The notes beneath the pieces are model-generated. The model did not search any database, was not told the origin of the DNA, and saw only the letters and a list, made by a program, of their open reading frames with translations. A stretch of DNA of 64,000 nucleotides. Source: Candidatus Poribacteria bacterium. Lineage in GTDB: Bacteria; Poribacteria; WGA-4E; PCPOR2b. Where the stretch lies: contig OZ242335.1 in the NCBI GenBank assembly GCA_965208425.1, positions 2,119,181-2,183,180 of the forward strand, in the 5' to 3' direction. The stretch's first letter is position 1, and every line of letters starts with the position of its first letter. Shown here one piece after another: positions 27,980-37,562 of this stretch. A program made the position numbers and the translations under genes.

Positions 27980-30148
27980 ATGAATCACAGAGTACATAAT
28001 CAGATCGTCAACTTTATTTGGGGGATTGCGGACGATGTGTTGAGAGACATCTACACACGTGGGAAATACCGAGACATTATTCTCCCGTTCACCGTTCTAA
28101 GAAGATTGGATGCCCTCTTAGAGCCCACAAAAGAAAAAGTGCGCGAAGTCAACCAATTCCTGATTGAGAACCAGATTGATGATAAATCTGCTCTAAAGGG
28201 GCAATCTGGCTATAAGTTTTATAATACCTCGAGGTTCACTTTCAAAATCTTGTTGAACGATCCAAACCACATCGGTTCAAACTTGAAAAATTATCTGGAC
28301 GGTTTCAGTGAAGATGTGCAGCAAATTATCAGCAAATTCAAACTCAAGAACCAACTCGAAACATTGGAAGATGCTGGTATCACCTTTGCCTTGATTTCAA
28401 AATTCGTTTCCAGAGACATCAATCTGAGTCCCGAAGAAGCAGTAAATAGCAAAGGTGAAATACTGCCTCCGTTAACCAACTTGGGAATGGGTTATGTCTT
28501 TGAGGAATTGATCCGAAGGTTCAGTGAGGAGAACAACGAGGAAGCCGGTGAACACTTTACCCCAAGAGAAATCATCAAACTGATGACTCATCTGCTATTC
28601 CTACCGGTGAAGGATAAACTCACAGAGGGCACAACATATCTGATTTATGACCCCGCCTGTGGGTCGGGCGGAATGCTTACAGAAGCGGAACTGTTTGCCA
28701 AGGAATTGACGCAGGAGCGAAATGAATTTTTCCTTTATGGACAAGAGGTCACCCCGGAAACCTACGCGACTTGCACGGCAGACATGCTAATCAAGGACAA
28801 AGATCCTGAAAACATCGCCCACGGTTCTACTCTCTCAGAAGACAGTTTCCCGCACCTGCGATTTGACTTCATGCTCTCCAATCCGCCCTATGGCAAAAGT
28901 TGGAAACTTGACTATGATGCGATTGTTGGTGACAAAAAGCAAATCAAAGACGATCGATTTCGCGTCGGTGTCCCCAGAGTCAGCGACGGACAACTCCTTT
29001 TTCTCTCCAATATGATCTCTAAAATGAAGCACGACACGGCACTCGGAAGTAGGATCGCTATTGTTCATAACGGATCTGCTATCTTTACGGGGGAGGCTGG
29101 AAGTGGCGAGAGTGAAATCCGTAAACAGATGATTGAAAATGATTGGTTGGAGTGTATTATTGAACTTCCCCAGAACATCTTTTACAACACCGGGATTTCA
29201 ACCTACATCTGGATTCTTTCCAATCGGAAGCCGAACCGCCGCCAAGGGAAAATACAACTTATTGATGCCTCCCAACTTTACCAGAAGCTCAACAAGAATT
29301 TAGGGCAGAAGAATTGTGAGTTAACGGACGAGCACATCGACAAAATTACGCAGCTCTATCTTAACTTTGCAGAAAGCGAGATCTCAAAGATTTTTGGGAA
29401 CGCAGAATTTGGCTATCAAAAAATCACCGTTGATCGACCATTACGGCTGTCCGCTAGATTCACCCCTGAGGCAGTCGAAACGCTCCGTTTTGCGAATGTC
29501 CTCCGGGCTGAAATGGAATGGGTTTATAAACGATTTGGCGATGCAGTTTATGAGGATTTAACACCCCATAAGCAACAGATTGAGGCGTATATCGCTTACA
29601 ACGAAATCAAGATCAGCCCCGCAAATAATAAGAAAAAGCTACTTGACCCGAAGTTTTGGAACACACAAAGAAAAGTCATGGAAGCAGCCGAAAAGTTGAT
29701 GGTGGAGTTGGGCGACTACGAATCTAATGACTTTAATAAATTCCGACATGCGGTTGATGATACCCTCAAAATGTTTGGGATTTCACTCAGTGCAATCGAA
29801 AAGAAAACAATTTTCAATGCCGTTAGTTGGAAGGACGAAAGTGCACAACCTGTCATCAAAAAATGGGACCGGGATGGCACGTTCCATTATGAGCCTGATC
29901 CAGACCTAAGAGATACAGAAAATGTTCCGTTGGTGCAAGAGATTGACGACTACTTCCAAACGGAAGTTCTGCCCTATGTACCTGATGCGTGGATCGATGA
30001 AGATAAAACTGTTAAAGGCTATGAGATTCCCTTTACCAAATACTTCTACCGGTATCAACCGTTGCCAAGTCTTGAGGAGATTACTGCTGACGTTCTTGTT
30101 CTTACACAGGAAACCGAGGGCATTTTACAGGATATCATCGAATCGTAG
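27980..30148 (+). CDS. hsdM: Type I restriction-modification system, DNA methyltransferase subunit M (long form, 722 aa)
   Basis: The RBS is AAGGAGAA. Motif I is IYDPACGSGGML and motif IV is MLSNPPYGKSW (NPPY, N6-adenine). An HsdM_N-like N-terminus is present, plus a ~200-aa C-terminal extension. Confidence 0.9.
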   Translation: MNHRVHNQIVNFIWGIADDVLRDIYTRGKYRDIILPFTVLRRLDALLEPTKEKVREVNQFLIENQIDDKSALKGQSGYKFYNTSRFTFKILLNDPNHIGSNLKNYLDGFSEDVQQIISKFKLKNQLETLEDAGITFALISKFVSRDINLSPEEAVNSKGEILPPLTNLGMGYVFEELIRRFSEENNEEAGEHFTPREIIKLMTHLLFLPVKDKLTEGTTYLIYDPACGSGGMLTEAELFAKELTQERNEFFLYGQEVTPETYATCTADMLIKDKDPENIAHGSTLSEDSFPHLRFDFMLSNPPYGKSWKLDYDAIVGDKKQIKDDRFRVGVPRVSDGQLLFLSNMISKMKHDTALGSRIAIVHNGSAIFTGEAGSGESEIRKQMIENDWLECIIELPQNIFYNTGISTYIWILSNRKPNRRQGKIQLIDASQLYQKLNKNLGQKNCELTDEHIDKITQLYLNFAESEISKIFGNAEFGYQKITVDRPLRLSARFTPEAVETLRFANVLRAEMEWVYKRFGDAVYEDLTPHKQQIEAYIAYNEIKISPANNKKKLLDPKFWNTQRKVMEAAEKLMVELGDYESNDFNKFRHAVDDTLKMFGISLSAIEKKTIFNAVSWKDESAQPVIKKWDRDGTFHYEPDPDLRDTENVPLVQEIDDYFQTEVLPYVPDAWIDEDKTVKGYEIPFTKYFYRYQPLPSLEEITADVLVLTQETEGILQDIIES

Positions 30149-30277
30149 GTCGAATTTCAAAATTCGACGATAATATTCATCAATATGTAGTTCTCTACGA
30201 ATTGTGCGAAATCTTACTCCTTGACAACCTAGGGAGTTTCAAATCAAGACAACATCTGGTAAGTATTTGCGTCATTC

Positions 30278-31621
30278 GTGATGAAGTACAACTGTCAACG
30301 AACGAAAAGCGAACTAATAAAAATGTACAAACGGTATAACAGTTATAAGGAATCCGGATTCGCGTGGCTGGGGGAGATTCCGAGTCATTGGGAAGCGTCC
30401 ACGATCAATGCTCTAACAAAGGTTGTAAGTCGAAAAAATAAACCGAGCGAGCCATTGCTTTCTGTTTACAGGGATTATGGAGTTATTCTGAAAAGTTCAA
30501 GAGATGATAATTATAATAAGCCCGGACAAGATTTAAGTGCCTACAAGTTTGTTAAGCCTACGAATCTAGTCCTAAACAAGATGAAAACGTGGCAAGGGTC
30601 GCTTGGTGTCTCGGAGCTTCAGGGAATTGTGAGCCCTGCATATATCACGTGTGAGTTAGACATCTCAAATGTATTTCCAAAGTATTTGCATTATCTACTG
30701 CGATGCCACAATTACATTTATGAGTATAACAGATTATCGTATGGCGTAAGAACTAACCAGTGGGACATGAGGTACGATGATTTTAAGAAAATACCTGTGT
30801 TTTTGCCATCGAAGCAAGAACAACATGCCATTGCCGCCTTTCTTGACCGCAAGATTACCGAAATCGACCGCTTCATTGCTAGTGAAGAGAAGCTCATTGC
30901 CCAGTTAAATGGGCAGAGAGCTGTCATTATCAACCATGCTGTTACAAAGGGACTTGACTCGGACGTGCAAATGAAAACGTCGAAGGTTAAGTGGATTGTG
31001 GAGATGCCAAAACACTGGACAATTACAAAATTGAAATATACTTCCAACATTCCTGTGACTTATGGTCTTAATATTGAGGCAGATAGATATACTACAGAAG
31101 GAATCAGATTGATTAGAATTACTGATATTGATGAAAAAGGTGGTCTCCGAAAAAGAGGGGTTTATCTGCCTGAAAACTGTGTTCCTCGAGAGCAGATGCT
31201 TAATGGTTATGATTTGCTTTTGTCTCGTAGTGGCGCAACGGTGGGAAAATCCTATTTGCACCTTGAAGCAGGGCAATACACTAGTGCAGGCTATCTGGTT
31301 AGATTTAACTTCGGTGATTATTACACGTCTAAGTTTATTTATTACGTAACACAATCACACTTTTATCGGAATTGGCTTGAGCAACAGATAATTATAGCGA
31401 CAATTCAGAATGTTAATGGCGAAAAGTATTCAAATTTTCAACTCCCTATTCCTTCGCATCAAGAACGGAAACATATTGTCAACTTCCTCAACTACAAAAC
31501 TAAACAGATCGACGAGTTTGTATCCAAAGAACGCCAAAAAATCGAGCTTATCAAACAATACCGCCAAGTCCTCATCTCTCAAGCGGTCACCGGAAAAATT
31601 GATGTGAGAGGGACAGTATGA
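30278..31621 (+). CDS. hsdS: Type I restriction-modification system specificity subunit S (two target-recognition domains)
   Basis: A 447-aa, AT-rich ORF of about 38% GC. A duplicated TRD architecture is separated by conserved coiled regions (...EKLIAQLNGQRAVII... and ...ELIKQYRQVLISQAVTGKIDV). The start is uncertain: 30278 or 30323. Confidence 0.85.
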   Translation: MMKYNCQRTKSELIKMYKRYNSYKESGFAWLGEIPSHWEASTINALTKVVSRKNKPSEPLLSVYRDYGVILKSSRDDNYNKPGQDLSAYKFVKPTNLVLNKMKTWQGSLGVSELQGIVSPAYITCELDISNVFPKYLHYLLRCHNYIYEYNRLSYGVRTNQWDMRYDDFKKIPVFLPSKQEQHAIAAFLDRKITEIDRFIASEEKLIAQLNGQRAVIINHAVTKGLDSDVQMKTSKVKWIVEMPKHWTITKLKYTSNIPVTYGLNIEADRYTTEGIRLIRITDIDEKGGLRKRGVYLPENCVPREQMLNGYDLLLSRSGATVGKSYLHLEAGQYTSAGYLVRFNFGDYYTSKFIYYVTQSHFYRNWLEQQIIIATIQNVNGEKYSNFQLPIPSHQERKHIVNFLNYKTKQIDEFVSKERQKIELIKQYRQVLISQAVTGKIDVRGTV

Positions 31622-31676
31622 TTAACCCTCCCTAGGTTGATTTTGACAACTCGGCCTACAAGTGTAAGGACAAAAA

Positions 31677-34658
31677 TTGATGAATACAACAGACATGCGC
31701 GAGCGAGGTTTTCAGAAATCCATTGCGGGATACCTCACCCAAACCAACGGCTACCGAGAGACGAAATCAGGAGACTACAATACAGAATTCTGTGTCAACA
31801 GAGCCCAATTGCTGGAGTTTATCAAAAAAACCCAAGAAGACGCTTACGAACTCATTCAGAAAAGGGGTGAGCGGGAGTTTTTGGTACGTTTAGATGAAAA
31901 AATTGAAAAGAGGGGAGTTGTCGAGGTCCTCCGCAAAGGAATCAAACACTTCGACAAAACCGTTCGTGTTTTCTACACGCAACCTGTATCGGAGCTCAAC
32001 CCTCTGGATAGCGAACGGTACAACGCCAATATCTTCTCTGTAACGCAGGAATTGATTTATAGCGAAAATAATAACAACGAGCTAGACCTTGTTATTTTTA
32101 TTAATGGTTTACCAATCATCACAATGGAGTTGAAGAACGGCTATACTAAGCAGTCCGTTTTTAACGGCATCCGTCAATATCAGAATGACCGTGACTCCAA
32201 GGAGAAGCTATTCAACCTCGCCAGATGCCTCGTCCACTTCGCTGCCGATACCGACTTGGTCTATATGACAACGCATCTGAAGAACAAACACACCCAATTT
32301 TTGCCATTCAATAAAGGGCAGAACAATGGGAAACCTACCCCCCCTTACGGCGCAGGCAACCCCGTCAACCCAAACGGTGAAAAAACACACTATCTTTGGG
32401 AGGAGGTGCTTACCAAAGATAGCTTGAGCAATATTATTGAGAGGTTCGCCCAAGTGGTTGTCGAAAAAGATGAGGATACCCAAGAAACAGCAAGAAGACT
32501 AATCTTTCCAAGATACCATCAACTCAAAGTCGTTCGGAATTTGCTATCACACGCCAAAGAGAATGGTGTCGAGCAAAAATACCTCATCCAGCATTCGGCG
32601 GGCTCCGGTAAATCCCATTCTATCACGTGGCTTGCCCACCAACTTGTCGGTTTGCATGACCAAACCAATACCCAGAACATCTTTGACAGTGTAATCGTTG
32701 TTACGGATCGAACTGTCTTGGATGAGCAGATCCGAGAACACATCAAGGATTTTGCACAGGTAAAAGATGTCGTCGCTGCTATCACCGGAGTTGGAGACAC
32801 TAAGACTCAGCAACTTGAGTCTGCCATCGTGGACCAGAAAAAGATCATCACTACAACGATACAGACGTTTCCATTCCTCGTTGACAAAATCGAAAAGATG
32901 GAAGGTGCTAACTTTGCGATTATCATTGATGAAGCCCACAGCAGTCAAAGTGGGGAATTTACTGCCAAAATGAACACGGTTTTAGCGAACAAAGAGCCGA
33001 ACGATGAAGATGAGGAAGTCGAAGAGACGTGGGAAGACACAATCAACGCGCTAATCAACGCTCGCAAGATGCTCACAAATGGCAGCTATTTCGCCTTTAC
33101 TGCAACGCCTAAAAGCAGGACACTTGAAACCTTCGGTCAAAAAGGAACAGATGGCAAATTCTATCCCTTCCATCTCTACTCAATGAAGCAGGCGATTGAA
33201 GAAGAGTTTATTCTTGACGTTTTGCAAAATTACACGACATACAACTCTTACTATAAGCTCATCAAAACTGTTGAGTACAACCCTGATTACGACATCAAGA
33301 GTGCCCAGAGAGAACTCCGCCATTACGTTGAAAATCACGAATACGCAATCACCCAAAAAGCCCGAGTCATGATTGACCACTTTATGCAAGAAGTAAAGCA
33401 CCGCATTCACGGTCAAGCAAAAGCAATGGTCGTCACGAGCTCCATCCCGAATGCGATTAAATACAAAGAGGCGTTTGACACCTACCTAAAGGAACTTAAC
33501 TCATCATATAAAGCGATTATCGCCTTTTCCGGCACGAAGCAGCACAAGAGTATTGAAGTACGCGAATCCGACCTCAACGGATTCCCGGATAACGATAACG
33601 ATATCCGCAAACATTTCAAAAAAGAGGAATACAAGTTCCTTATCGTCGTCGAGAAATTCCAAACCGGTTTTGACCAACCTCTTTTACACACGATGTATGT
33701 TGATAAAAAGTTGGCAGGTGTCCATGCTGTTCAAACCTTATCTCGATTGAATCGAGCGTATAAGCCCCATAAGAGAGATACGTTTGTCTTGGATTTTGTG
33801 AATACGGTTGACGACATCAGAGAAGCGTTTGAACCCTATTACACAACCACTATCTTGACCGAAGAAACCGACCCCAACCGGCTCAACGATCTGCAAGAAG
33901 TTTTGGAGGGTTATCAGGTTTACTCAGAAGTAAAGGTGAAAGAATTCTGCATGTTGTATCACAGTGGTGCGGAGAGGTCTGAAGTCGCTCCAATTCTGGA
34001 TGCTGCTGCCCAAATCTTCAAAGACGATTTATCTGAGGAAGAAAAGATTGATTTCAAAACCCAAGCCAGATCATTTGAGCGAACTTATAGTTTTCTAGGG
34101 TGTCTCCTTGACTTCAATAATCCCTATTGGGAGGAGTTGTGGTGGTTTCTGAAATTTCTCATTCCCAAGCTCACAATTGACAATACCGAGGACTTTGCTG
34201 CCGACATTCTGGATGAGGTTGATATGGAGAGCTACAGAGTTTCGATACAGGGGATGACAAACATTGCGTTGGAAGAAGAGGATAGTGAGGTTGCTCCGCT
34301 TTCAATTATCGAAAGTGGTCAACAGCGTGATCCTGATCTCGACAGCTTGGAAAATATCATTGAAGCGTTCAATCAGCGTTTCGGAGACATTGAATGGGAG
34401 GATAACGATAAGGTTCGCAGAATCTTGAGTGAAGAAATCCCAAATGAGCTGAAAGGCAACAGTGATACGATCCAGACAATCCAGAGCTCAGATCCGCAGA
34501 ATGCGAAAATCGCCTCTGACAGGAAACTTGCTGAATTTATGCGAGCGTTGTTGTTCACGCACACGGAGATCTATAAGAAATTCACCGATGATCCTGACTT
34601 CAAGAGTCAATACGAAGATTTTGTATTCGATATCCTGCGGCAACAGAGAGATCGTTAG
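31677..34658 (+). CDS. hsdR: Type I restriction enzyme endonuclease/helicase subunit R
   Basis: A 993-aa ORF. The N-terminal PD-(D/E)xK nuclease is ELDLVIFINGLPIITMELKN. SF2 helicase Walker A is HSAGSGKSHSITW and the DEAH box is IIIDEAHSSQ. The C-terminus is typical of HsdR. Confidence 0.9.
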   Translation: MMNTTDMRERGFQKSIAGYLTQTNGYRETKSGDYNTEFCVNRAQLLEFIKKTQEDAYELIQKRGEREFLVRLDEKIEKRGVVEVLRKGIKHFDKTVRVFYTQPVSELNPLDSERYNANIFSVTQELIYSENNNNELDLVIFINGLPIITMELKNGYTKQSVFNGIRQYQNDRDSKEKLFNLARCLVHFAADTDLVYMTTHLKNKHTQFLPFNKGQNNGKPTPPYGAGNPVNPNGEKTHYLWEEVLTKDSLSNIIERFAQVVVEKDEDTQETARRLIFPRYHQLKVVRNLLSHAKENGVEQKYLIQHSAGSGKSHSITWLAHQLVGLHDQTNTQNIFDSVIVVTDRTVLDEQIREHIKDFAQVKDVVAAITGVGDTKTQQLESAIVDQKKIITTTIQTFPFLVDKIEKMEGANFAIIIDEAHSSQSGEFTAKMNTVLANKEPNDEDEEVEETWEDTINALINARKMLTNGSYFAFTATPKSRTLETFGQKGTDGKFYPFHLYSMKQAIEEEFILDVLQNYTTYNSYYKLIKTVEYNPDYDIKSAQRELRHYVENHEYAITQKARVMIDHFMQEVKHRIHGQAKAMVVTSSIPNAIKYKEAFDTYLKELNSSYKAIIAFSGTKQHKSIEVRESDLNGFPDNDNDIRKHFKKEEYKFLIVVEKFQTGFDQPLLHTMYVDKKLAGVHAVQTLSRLNRAYKPHKRDTFVLDFVNTVDDIREAFEPYYTTTILTEETDPNRLNDLQEVLEGYQVYSEVKVKEFCMLYHSGAERSEVAPILDAAAQIFKDDLSEEEKIDFKTQARSFERTYSFLGCLLDFNNPYWEELWWFLKFLIPKLTIDNTEDFAADILDEVDMESYRVSIQGMTNIALEEEDSEVAPLSIIESGQQRDPDLDSLENIIEAFNQRFGDIEWEDNDKVRRILSEEIPNELKGNSDTIQTIQSSDPQNAKIASDRKLAEFMRALLFTHTEIYKKFTDDPDFKSQYEDFVFDILRQQRDR

Positions 34659-35078
34659 GAGACTGGTGGGGCCTATTTTATAGTGAATTCTAAAAATAAA
34701 TAGACGTCAAAAGTAGTAGGCACACGGCGTGTGCCCTAACTGTGTGCACAAGGTTGCTGACCTCGCTTGTTCATAGTGTCTAGTGAATTCTGAAATCTAC
34801 TATAAATTGCTGTGGAATAGGTACAGAACATTGGTTGAGTTTCTTCAAGATTTTCCAAGAACAAAAAGACGAAAAATCTATCAACGCTGAACTGAATAGA
34901 CTAAGGACTTTAGTAACTGGTATAGATAGGGAAACCGACCACCAAATAACTGACGCATTGGAAAAATCGTGTCGGGTATTGATGATCTGTTGTATCAAAG
35001 ACAAACATAGGATTTGGCGTTGTGAACTTAATCGCACTCCACACAGAACCCAACGTAGAATAACCTCAAAGAGAAAAA

Positions 35079-35515
35079 CTATGAGCACAGACAAGGAAAA
35101 ACTCCAAAAGTATGAAGAAGATACTGAACAAGAAATAAAGGACGAAATCAACGAACTAGACAACAGAAAAGCACTAACCGCTCAAATAACATGTACATCC
35201 CTGCTAATCATATCTTCGATGATGATAGGATACACAGCCAAACTTCCAACAACCACATGCCTAACAAAGCTAACATTCACAGCATTTACATCAACCATCA
35301 TACTAACCATAATCTCACTTATCATTAGCAAGATAAAGCTAGACAAAGACATCAAAAAATACATTACAAAGATAAAAGAAAGAGACTTTAAGCCCGAAGA
35401 AAAACCATACAATGAAGACGCATTATCAAGAACAGGAGAATACCTATCGGTATTATCAATAGTAACATTCCTAACCGGCATAATCACAGCAACAATAACA
35501 ATAATCTTAACATAA
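35079..35515 (+). CDS. hypothetical small membrane protein (low-complexity, A-skewed); coding strand uncertain
   Basis: MSTDKEKLQKYEEDTEQEIKDEINELDNRKALTAQITCTSLLIISSMMIGYTAKL... has 3-4 predicted TM helices. The 226-aa ORF-track extension begins with TTG at 34835. Overlapping minus-strand ORFs of similar length exist because of extreme strand compositional skew. Confidence 0.3.
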
Positions 35516-35530
35516 TCCCCAAAGAAAGGA

Positions 35531-35719
35531 TTGAGCATGAACACGAAAGAAAAGGATACACCACGAGACAAAGAAGACCCCATACGAGAGCATGGCATAC
35601 CATCCAGAACCCCCACCATACCAATAACAGAGCCACCAATACCAACAGATACTCCTGAAGAAGCACCAGAAACCCCACAGCCCGATAACCCACCACCTGA
35701 AGAACCAGAAAAGGAGTAG
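35531..35719 (+). CDS. hypothetical small acidic Pro/Glu/Thr-rich protein
   Basis: A 62-aa ORF with an AAAGGA RBS: MSMNTKEKDTPRDKEDPIREHGIPSRTPTIPITEPPIPTDTPEEAPETPQPDNPPPEEPEKE. It is low complexity and may not be coding. Confidence 0.25.
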   Translation: MSMNTKEKDTPRDKEDPIREHGIPSRTPTIPITEPPIPTDTPEEAPETPQPDNPPPEEPEKE

Positions 35720-35767
35720 CAAACACAATCTCAAGTCATAAACTTAGCAACGCCTAGGATTTAAACC

Positions 35768-36157
35768 TTGACCTATGGAGATTTCAAAATGCAACTCGAA
35801 GATTATTTTGACTTTTTGTCGGAGGATGATATTCGGATTAAAGACACGCGCATCGGCATTGAGAGCGTTCTATACGAGTATATCCATCGCGACCAGGAGC
35901 CAAAAGCCATAGTGCAGTGCTACCACACGCTTTCTCTGGAACAAGTTTACGCAACGATTCTCTATTATCTGCACAACAAAGAAAGGGTCGGTGCGTATTT
36001 GGCAGATTACCTCGAATACTGTCGAAAGTCGAAAGAGGACTACGAGAAAAATCTACCACCTGTAGTGGCGCGACTCCGACAACTCAAAGCAGAACGTGAA
36101 TCAGGGGAAGCGAGAATTGTTCATTCGCCCACCGAACCGGGCGACATAATGCCCTAA
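35768..36157 (+). CDS. DUF433-like protein (putative antitoxin-like DNA-binding fold)
   Basis: A 129-aa ORF. IRIKDTRIGIESVLYEY...QCYHTLSLEQVYATILYYLHNKERV resembles the DUF433 core (RI.GTRI.V..VL... P.Lt.eqv.aAL.YY). Confidence 0.4.
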   Translation: MTYGDFKMQLEDYFDFLSEDDIRIKDTRIGIESVLYEYIHRDQEPKAIVQCYHTLSLEQVYATILYYLHNKERVGAYLADYLEYCRKSKEDYEKNLPPVVARLRQLKAERESGEARIVHSPTEPGDIMP

Positions 36158-36166
36158 AAAACCGAA

Positions 36167-37411
36167 TCACACCCCTTCTAGCGTAAACCGCATCCCATTA
36201 AATCGCCGCCCCAACGCAGCCGCCCGACCCTTAACACCTTCGACATCATCACCCTTCAACGCATCGACGATACAATCCGCAACCTCCGGCACATCCGTCG
36301 CCGTCATACCGCGTCGAGTCACCTCTTGAACCCCAATCCGTAAGCCGTGCTCCCCCAACTCCGGAGGCACACTCGCCCCACCGGCGATGATATTACACGC
36401 CTCCAGCTGATCTGCCATCGCTTTGCTCTCGCCAAACTCGGCAACAATCGGTATCAATGTATGTGATTCCGTGAAGCCAAGTTCCTGCCCAAGGAGACGA
36501 ATCCCCCGTTGGTGCAACGCCTGCCCCAACGCCTTTGCGTTGCTGATAATTGCGTCCGCATGTTCTTCACCGCAAGCTATCCACTCCAGAAATGTCCCCG
36601 CCAACGCTGGCAAACGACCGAGGTGATGGTTACTCTCAAGCAAAGGTGCAACCGCAGGACCAATCTGTTCCGCAAGTGCTCTGTCATTGGTCAAAATTAT
36701 TCCACCCTGTGGTCCAGCGAGGGTTTTATGCGTACTGGAGATAATCACGTCCGCGCCCTCCTCGAACGGTGACTGAAACCGTCCGCCGGCGATAAGCCCC
36801 ATAACGTGGGCAGCGTCATAGATCAGGTATGAATCGGGCCTGTATCGGTTCATCGCTTCCTTCAGTTCGCGGACAGGCTGCGGAAAGAGAAACACACCCG
36901 AGCCAATCGTCACCAATTTGGGACGATGCTTCTCGATCAGCGCAACCGTCTGATCAATGTCGATATTAGACCGAAGGCCGTCCCACGGGATCTCAATAGA
37001 TTCGAGCGACACCTTCAACGAGGAGGAGGCTAGCTTCTGTGCATATTGGTGCCCGTTATGAACCTCCAACGCAATATCGCCGGGGCGTGCTAACCCAAAA
37101 GTGGTTGCGATACCCGCAATGTTGCCGGAGAGCGGGCGGAGATCGACATACGCCGCGCCAAAGAGTTGCTTTGCCAGCTCCTGAGCCAATTCTTCAATCT
37201 CGACGATGAACCGATTCCCTTGATAACTCCGCGCCCGTAAATCAATACCGCTGTAGTTTCCGTAACGCTGATCCAAATCTTCGACCAGCAGCCCCTCCAC
37301 CAACGGACTCGGAACATTTTCGGAGGCGATAAGATTCAGGCAATCCCCGCGAAATGTGTTGTGCTGCTCCAATAAAGAATTAATCTCTTTGACTTTTTGG
37401 TTAAAATCCAT
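36167..37411 (-). CDS. serine hydroxymethyltransferase (SHMT)-fold PLP-dependent enzyme, divergent GlyA-like
   Basis: A 414-aa ORF. NLIASENVPSPLV matches the SHMT N-terminal signature. SSTHKTLAGPQGG is the PLP-lysine motif (TTTHKTLRGPRGG in canonical GlyA). It is shorter and more divergent than housekeeping GlyA. Confidence 0.7.
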   Translation of the reverse strand: MDFNQKVKEINSLLEQHNTFRGDCLNLIASENVPSPLVEGLLVEDLDQRYGNYSGIDLRARSYQGNRFIVEIEELAQELAKQLFGAAYVDLRPLSGNIAGIATTFGLARPGDIALEVHNGHQYAQKLASSSLKVSLESIEIPWDGLRSNIDIDQTVALIEKHRPKLVTIGSGVFLFPQPVRELKEAMNRYRPDSYLIYDAAHVMGLIAGGRFQSPFEEGADVIISSTHKTLAGPQGGIILTNDRALAEQIGPAVAPLLESNHHLGRLPALAGTFLEWIACGEEHADAIISNAKALGQALHQRGIRLLGQELGFTESHTLIPIVAEFGESKAMADQLEACNIIAGGASVPPELGEHGLRIGVQEVTRRGMTATDVPEVADCIVDALKGDDVEGVKGRAAALGRRFNGMRFTLEGV

Positions 37412-37562
37412 AGAAACCTCGTTCTATACAAGTGCGAAGAGAAACCGAGTTTTTTCTTGAAAACTCGGTTTCTTTGCACTATTTCTTAACATGAGCCATT
37501 GTTTTTACGTTTCACGCATCACGTTTCACGTTATCAACAGCTGCAAACTAGCACCATCGGTT

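Noticed and set aside
34780-35734. Minus-strand ORFs 34780-35163, 35182-35619, 35484-35734 and 35507-35734
   Set aside because: These are products of extreme strand compositional skew. Their peptides are low-complexity Ile/Val/Ser/Leu runs with no start context. The plus-strand alternatives are only marginally better, so both are flagged as uncertain.
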